A stretch of 63,440 nucleotides of DNA, the filler included. It is 8 parts of 8 records of this genome, joined end to end, with 100 filler letters (N's around TTAATTAATTAA, not from the genome) between each part and the next. Parts side by side here need not be neighbours in the genome. Positions count along the whole stretch, not along the records: positions 55,593 to 63,440 come from SRR31156797_9256; 7 more parts are not named here. The stretch is one strand, 5' to 3'. A program made the translations under genes and the position numbers. How positions within the stretch are numbered: position 1 is the first letter of the stretch; each line of letters opens with the position of its first letter. Positions 59,501-63,440 of this stretch are shown here, piece after piece. Under the pieces are notes generated by a model. It was not told the origin of the DNA, ran no database searches, and worked only from the letters and a program-made list of their open reading frames with translations.

Positions 59501-62500
59501 ATCACTACTATATGTTTTACTTATCGTCCTGGTTGTACCATTGGCACTAGTTGCAATAGTCCATGGATGCCCAAATAAATCATATGCACTATAAGATGTT
59601 GTAAGCGCATTAACATCACCCGGATCTTTTACCTCAGAAGTAAGATTCCCACTATTATCATATTCAAAATAACTAATTCGTGTATATTCTTCCGGATCAA
59701 CTGCATCATCATAAAATGCTTCCTTAAATAATTTAATGGAATCAACCTTATTTAAACACCAGGAACCTCGTTTCACGTAATGATATCTGGTTTCTTCATA
59801 ATATTCATCATATCCGGAAACTGAAGTTAAAAGTACATTACCATAATTATCGTAATCTTCATAATTAATCGTTTTTTCAATAGTAGTTAAATGATCCTTA
59901 GCTGTTTTACTTTCTAGTTGTAAAGCATAGCGCTTCCCTCCTAATCCTTTGATTTTGTATTTACTAGTTTCCGTTTTTATTTTGGATATAGGTGGATTCA
60001 AATTGGTAGATACGCCATCCCCTAAATTAATAGACTTCCCTGTAACTGATTTGTAGGCCACAAAAGCATAATATTTAGCATCTGTAACCAAAGGCGCATA
60101 ATATGAAACCTGGGTCATTCCTGTACGCTCATTTTCTACTCCAAAATACCTGCAGCCCATAAACCCACGTACATTCCAATTCACAATAGGACTTCCATAA
60201 TAATAAGTTACTGTATCTAACCCTTCCTGAATTTGCGAGGCCACCATCATACTCGATGATTTTACCCTTTGACAATTAATATTTAAATAATCTTCCGTAC
60301 TATTAAGGTTATAATCTTCATCAATAATCCCATCATTTAACAAGGTTGTTTCATCATCATCATAATCATCGCAATCTGTAATTGGCTTATAGCTGATCTT
60401 TTGAGAACCGGATAAGGGATTATACACTTGAGTGAGATAGTTTGATCCGATTGTAAAACCAAAATCAACCACTTGTATTTTATCATTATCATCGAAGTAT
60501 ACAAAGTTTAACATCCCATCTGCATTTATATCAGCCAAACAAGCACATGAGCCACTTTGATTACTACTATAGGATCTAAAACCGTCGAATCCATCAACGG
60601 TTTGCAAATACACTGTCCAATCAGTACTAAAATCAAAATCACTTTCGTCCCCAAGAACAATGTCTACCATGCCATCCATGTTGATATCTCCCACAAAAAT
60701 TCTATCTCTGTCAGGCTCATCTGAATCCGTTACACCGGGTACATATTTAGTTGAAGCAGCCATTAAACCGAGTTCTTTTTTAACAAAAGTATAGGATGAA
60801 GGACCATTTCCAATATTGTAGGCAATATTCCAATTTCTTATTTTGTCTCGATATATTATATCTGCAGTACCATCACTATTAAAGTCTCCAAAACTATAAG
60901 CTCCATATTTACCAATATCAAAACCTAAATCAAACACACTGTTCTCGTCAGAAAAACAAGAGACCGTCTGGCTATTTTTAATTACATATGTATCACTATT
61001 TTCCAAAATAAGCATCAGATCATCGGAATAAGGAAGTCCGCTAAAATTAACCAACGACATTGATTCTATTTTACTTGGCACTGTAAATTCATAATAATCA
61101 GTATCACTTACCGGAGCTCTGTTTATAATGCCATTTTTATTACCTAAATAAAGTACATATTTGTATTTATAACCGCCAGATACAGATTGGGGGTTATCAA
61201 TTATAATTAACAGATCGCTGGTATAATCTTTTTGTGCAGATAAATAACCTGTTGCAACAAAAGGATTTTCTAATGTTTCGCCAGATGAAATAGGATTTAA
61301 TAAAGTTTCTTCTTTTAAAACTTCGTTATTTTTTCTATCAACAATTCCAAAACTAAACTTATTGTTATCGATGCCCTGACGCAAAATATCAAGTGCATTG
61401 TCTCCATTAAAATCAACAAACATACCTGGTAGTCCAGAGCTGATATTGTCAATTCCAGTAATATAAGACAAATTTAAAGTTCCTGTATTGCCTGCCATAA
61501 ATATAGACGATGCTGTTAACCCTCGAAAGTTTCTTTCAACAAAAGTTAAGGAGTTGGCCAATAATATACTATTACCTTCTTCCCAATTATCGCTAACTTT
61601 TCTTATTCCTGCATAAGATTGATTAAGTACAAAACTTCCCCCATTATCTAGCATTGAATAAATATCCAATAATTCATTTTGTCCGTCTCCATCTATATCG
61701 GCCACCCCCAATGCCCTAATTTTTTTTCCTATACCATTATCTGAATCTGTATAAGGTATTTCTGTTTTAGTCTCTGCGAGTTTATCTTCACCATATGTAA
61801 AATCCAGTGGATAAACATAGCGTGTTCCTTCGTTTCGTAACTCTATACTTGCTAACTGACTGATGTCGCCATCGGCATAAATTAAATCATAACTGGTTAG
61901 GTTAGTACCATTAACGCTAACTTGTATATCTGTTAGCCTGTTTTGTTGATTAAATTCAAATCCGGAAATATAATTCTTCGTTATATCAGTCCTGTTCTCA
62001 TAGGTAAAATCTATTGAAGCATAATGAGAAGTACCTGCATTTTCGTTACCGCCATATTCAATTTTAGTCAATAAACAATTAAAATAAGGGGTTGCATTAA
62101 ATCCAAAATTATAGGTGTAATCTATATAATTCCCATTTGAATCGGTCACTTTACTAATAGCCCAACCTAAGTTAGCAAAGATCTTGTACGCATTTGGATT
62201 ATACATATCAGACCCTGATATTACTAAATATGACTGGCGATTAGAAGGATTACCATATTGAATTACCTTGCCATCTTTTGTATAAACCAAAAAATAAGAT
62301 GGTCCAAAATCTTCAATACCATATGCCATTATTTTTGAATACGTAGCTATTTCTGTTTTATATTCAATACTATCCGTATAATCATTCTCTATAATTAACC
62401 GGTTTCCATCCAAGGCGAAAGGAGATTCCTTAGTCCAATCGATCCGAGCATCTGCATCATCAAAATACTCTGTTTTAGGAACTCTCATTATAGCCGAAGA

Positions 62501-62965
62501 ACCAGCTAAACTCCATCCATATCCTGCAATTCCATTTTTTGCAGTACTAGAGTAATTTAATGAAATACTGGGTTGCATATTATTTACACCGGCAGGAATG
62601 CTAATAGGAATATTATATGTAAATGTACCGCTATTAGTAACATTACTACTTCCGGGTATCTTACCAACGATACTTCCATCTCCATCTAAATTATATGCAG
62701 AAAGTTCTCCTTCAGCATTTCTATAAGTGCCTTCTTTAGGGGAAAAAACCAATAGTTTATCAATTTGCAGCTTTAAGGATTCTCCAGAACCAGGTATATA
62801 GGAAAAACCATTCCGTAGAAAAATATAATCCCTCGCCACGTAGTTTTTGGTTCCGGATTCTTGTGAGCTTAGTATATAAGACTCTTGTGGTTCCTGCGCA
62901 TTTACCCCTAGCAGATGTACACACAGGAATAATATTATAAGTAATAACTTATTCATTTTTATCAT
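56504..62965 (-). CDS. RHS/YD-repeat polymorphic toxin with SpvB and FG-GAP/VCBS domains
   Basis: Sec signal; IPISIPAG..P.ISLNYSS..NG.AGYGW SpvB; DIDGDG/DFNGD repeats; YD repeats; RGFTMHEH..INMNGRVYDP..SPDP..NNPLLYTDPTG core. Confidence 0.95.
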   Translation of the reverse strand: MIKMNKLLLIILFLCVHLLGVNAQEPQESYILSSQESGTKNYVARDYIFLRNGFSYIPGSGESLKLQIDKLLVFSPKEGTYRNAEGELSAYNLDGDGSIVGKIPGSSNVTNSGTFTYNIPISIPAGVNNMQPSISLNYSSTAKNGIAGYGWSLAGSSAIMRVPKTEYFDDADARIDWTKESPFALDGNRLIIENDYTDSIEYKTEIATYSKIMAYGIEDFGPSYFLVYTKDGKVIQYGNPSNRQSYLVISGSDMYNPNAYKIFANLGWAISKVTDSNGNYIDYTYNFGFNATPYFNCLLTKIEYGGNENAGTSHYASIDFTYENRTDITKNYISGFEFNQQNRLTDIQVSVNGTNLTSYDLIYADGDISQLASIELRNEGTRYVYPLDFTYGEDKLAETKTEIPYTDSDNGIGKKIRALGVADIDGDGQNELLDIYSMLDNGGSFVLNQSYAGIRKVSDNWEEGNSILLANSLTFVERNFRGLTASSIFMAGNTGTLNLSYITGIDNISSGLPGMFVDFNGDNALDILRQGIDNNKFSFGIVDRKNNEVLKEETLLNPISSGETLENPFVATGYLSAQKDYTSDLLIIIDNPQSVSGGYKYKYVLYLGNKNGIINRAPVSDTDYYEFTVPSKIESMSLVNFSGLPYSDDLMLILENSDTYVIKNSQTVSCFSDENSVFDLGFDIGKYGAYSFGDFNSDGTADIIYRDKIRNWNIAYNIGNGPSSYTFVKKELGLMAASTKYVPGVTDSDEPDRDRIFVGDINMDGMVDIVLGDESDFDFSTDWTVYLQTVDGFDGFRSYSSNQSGSCACLADINADGMLNFVYFDDNDKIQVVDFGFTIGSNYLTQVYNPLSGSQKISYKPITDCDDYDDDETTLLNDGIIDEDYNLNSTEDYLNINCQRVKSSSMMVASQIQEGLDTVTYYYGSPIVNWNVRGFMGCRYFGVENERTGMTQVSYYAPLVTDAKYYAFVAYKSVTGKSINLGDGVSTNLNPPISKIKTETSKYKIKGLGGKRYALQLESKTAKDHLTTIEKTINYEDYDNYGNVLLTSVSGYDEYYEETRYHYVKRGSWCLNKVDSIKLFKEAFYDDAVDPEEYTRISYFEYDNSGNLTSEVKDPGDVNALTTSYSAYDLFGHPWTIATSANGTTRTISKTYSSDGRFLETETDILNNTISYDWDVFRGRLNSETDKYGSTSYEYDEAGRLLKTTSPQGLKQTSTTQWADLENAIGAFYYTYKDVSGSSSVTTWYDQYGREIQTDTYLLNDKKISVSKEYDDQGRLFRVSQPFEEGGQVSYASTHYYDTYGRDTLVITPQGETSFIYNKLVNTIISPNQTKIVALNEMGQKIGQEINGKTVHFTYKPSGQLRSSVPQGSPELKWEMDYDLQGNRIYLSDPDAGVITSEYNGFGEIIRNEHIIHINSSANVDSFVYTNKGLLKEKYTNGELTSYTYDDNYNVSSVSVEGKHTQTFTYDDLDRVIGVNETVLGEQSFTTGTEYDELGRVKKETYPSGYAVSYKYDSYGNLVKLTDSDNADIWTAQEVNRFGQLTKMKNGNRQLNYNYDEKGLIESIKSPNVICMNYVFYNDGNMEYRMDSLSMQKEEFFYDQLKRLTDWDIYKNGSLSKANSIQYDDQYGNITDKTDIDYSMQYGNNTPPHALSSISGNPDVISDITQDIAYTDFNKMYKITEGSDSIILAYGVDHYRRKADFWHNGVHKTKYYLGNYEEEHLADGTVRKIHYIDGGNGLSAIKVIHGNQDTLYYAFTDHLGSLVALTNNRNSNIEKQSFDPWGIKRSNDNWDEADNVSAGTFSRGFTMHEHYYSIGLINMNGRVYDPALGSFLSPDPQLQSPGNWLNYNKYSYCLNNPLLYTDPTGEWFGIDDLIAAGVGFVAGYLSYGISTGNYGWKAVVAGGITAGVSWLGWNTFGAGAASNAKTFSQGMNAVFGNAGGNYGFRYASVTAMNAFSHKDQLKQADEKGWNGVWAMAGYGASAALTSMTPAKVGKGAISGSRTFAGIVLADNISDNMEDGLFSSSRYHIGILGYDFDKREGYSIFSSDLSDKQRFEMGYETVFGLSLIQSNIKRSWTGTGKHKVRSKITEGTFSRRINKYPTGGRNYSYNIPTSYLGKAARGILKITDQYFKGNEYLSTYGYWHINHFINDVRD

Positions 62966-62976
62966 TTAGTTTAAGG

Positions 62977-63399
62977 TTATTCTTTAATTATTTTAAAGGT
63001 CTTTTTATCTCCTTTACACTCCAATACCAGGTAATACATACCCGATGCATAGCGTTGTAGCTTTATGGGGTATTCTCCCAGCTTATTAAAACGACCGTTT
63101 TTGATTGCTTTACCGGCATTATCAAAAACAACGTAAGTAAACTGGTCTTCCTGATCTCCACCTTCTATCTTTATTCGTAAATTACCTTTTGTAGGATTGG
63201 GAAATACGGTTACCGTTCTTTCCTCCCAGCTATCTGTAATTGGATCTTGTTTTAGTTGTCCGCTTTTAATCTCAACCTCAACCATTGTTCGTTGAATACG
63301 ATTTCCTGCATTGTCGTATGTATATTGTACTTCGTAGCTTTGCGCCACCGCTATATGACCAACTAAAGCCAATAGGGCTATTATCAGTATCTTTCTCAT
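62977..63399 (-). CDS. Small T9SS type A C-terminal sorting domain protein
   Basis: Signal peptide, YTYDNAGNRIQR, VFPNPTKG, SGMYYL, KTFKIIKE. Confidence 0.92.
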   Translation of the reverse strand: MRKILIIALLALVGHIAVAQSYEVQYTYDNAGNRIQRTMVEVEIKSGQLKQDPITDSWEERTVTVFPNPTKGNLRIKIEGGDQEDQFTYVVFDNAGKAIKNGRFNKLGEYPIKLQRYASGMYYLVLECKGDKKTFKIIKE

Positions 63400-63440
63400 C
63401 TCTATTGTAGTTTAAGGTTATTGGTTTAACAATTGCTCAA

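Overview
The window is not one locus. It is eight unrelated contigs joined by 100-nt N/TTAATTAATTAA/N linkers, and all taxonomic calls below are inferred from protein resemblance and base composition. (1) 1-7983: AT-rich, Campylobacterota-like conjugative/T4SS fragment with a coupling protein, a putative immunity + lipase effector pair (the lipase appears split by a 1-nt frameshift), an AAA ATPase and VirB9-like core genes. (2) 8084-15104: plasmid/satellite-like replicon (RHH, primase-Zn-like, DnaD-like Rep, hairpin-rich putative origin) carrying defence cargo (Lamassu/ABC-3C, AbiJ/Abi_C-like, ImmA/IrrE peptidase, HsdM). (3) 15205-28196: Arcobacteraceae-like chromosome with prs, OmpA, a NavAb-like sodium channel, a sapCDEF-type T1SS whose SapC is fused to a catalytically dead RAYT transposase, HD-GYP, ppx, hpf and desulforubrerythrin. 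(4) 28297-35163: Bacteroidota V-type ATPase operon with a universal stress protein gene between subunits B and D. (5) 35264-42791: Desulfobacterota-like reductive dehalogenase cluster (MalT-like regulator, rdhA-rdhB-rdhC, small ORF, SphA-type channel) with two palindromic operators. (6) 42892-49220: Fusobacteriota-like tetrapyrrole/cobalamin genes with an unexplained 19-bp repeat family that forms an array and also brackets a two-gene insertion. (7) 49321-55492: Bacteroidota L-arabinose genes plus a decayed cheW-cheR remnant. (8) 55593-63440: Bacteroidota small T9SS-CTD protein + SpvB/FG-GAP/RHS toxin + FGE-sulfatase-fold putative immunity gene. No rRNA, tRNA or canonical CRISPR array was seen. 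The best candidates for undescribed systems are the dead-RAYT-SapC fusion, the 19-bp repeat array/cassette, the T4SS-linked lipase toxin-immunity pair and the T9SS-adaptor/RHS module.
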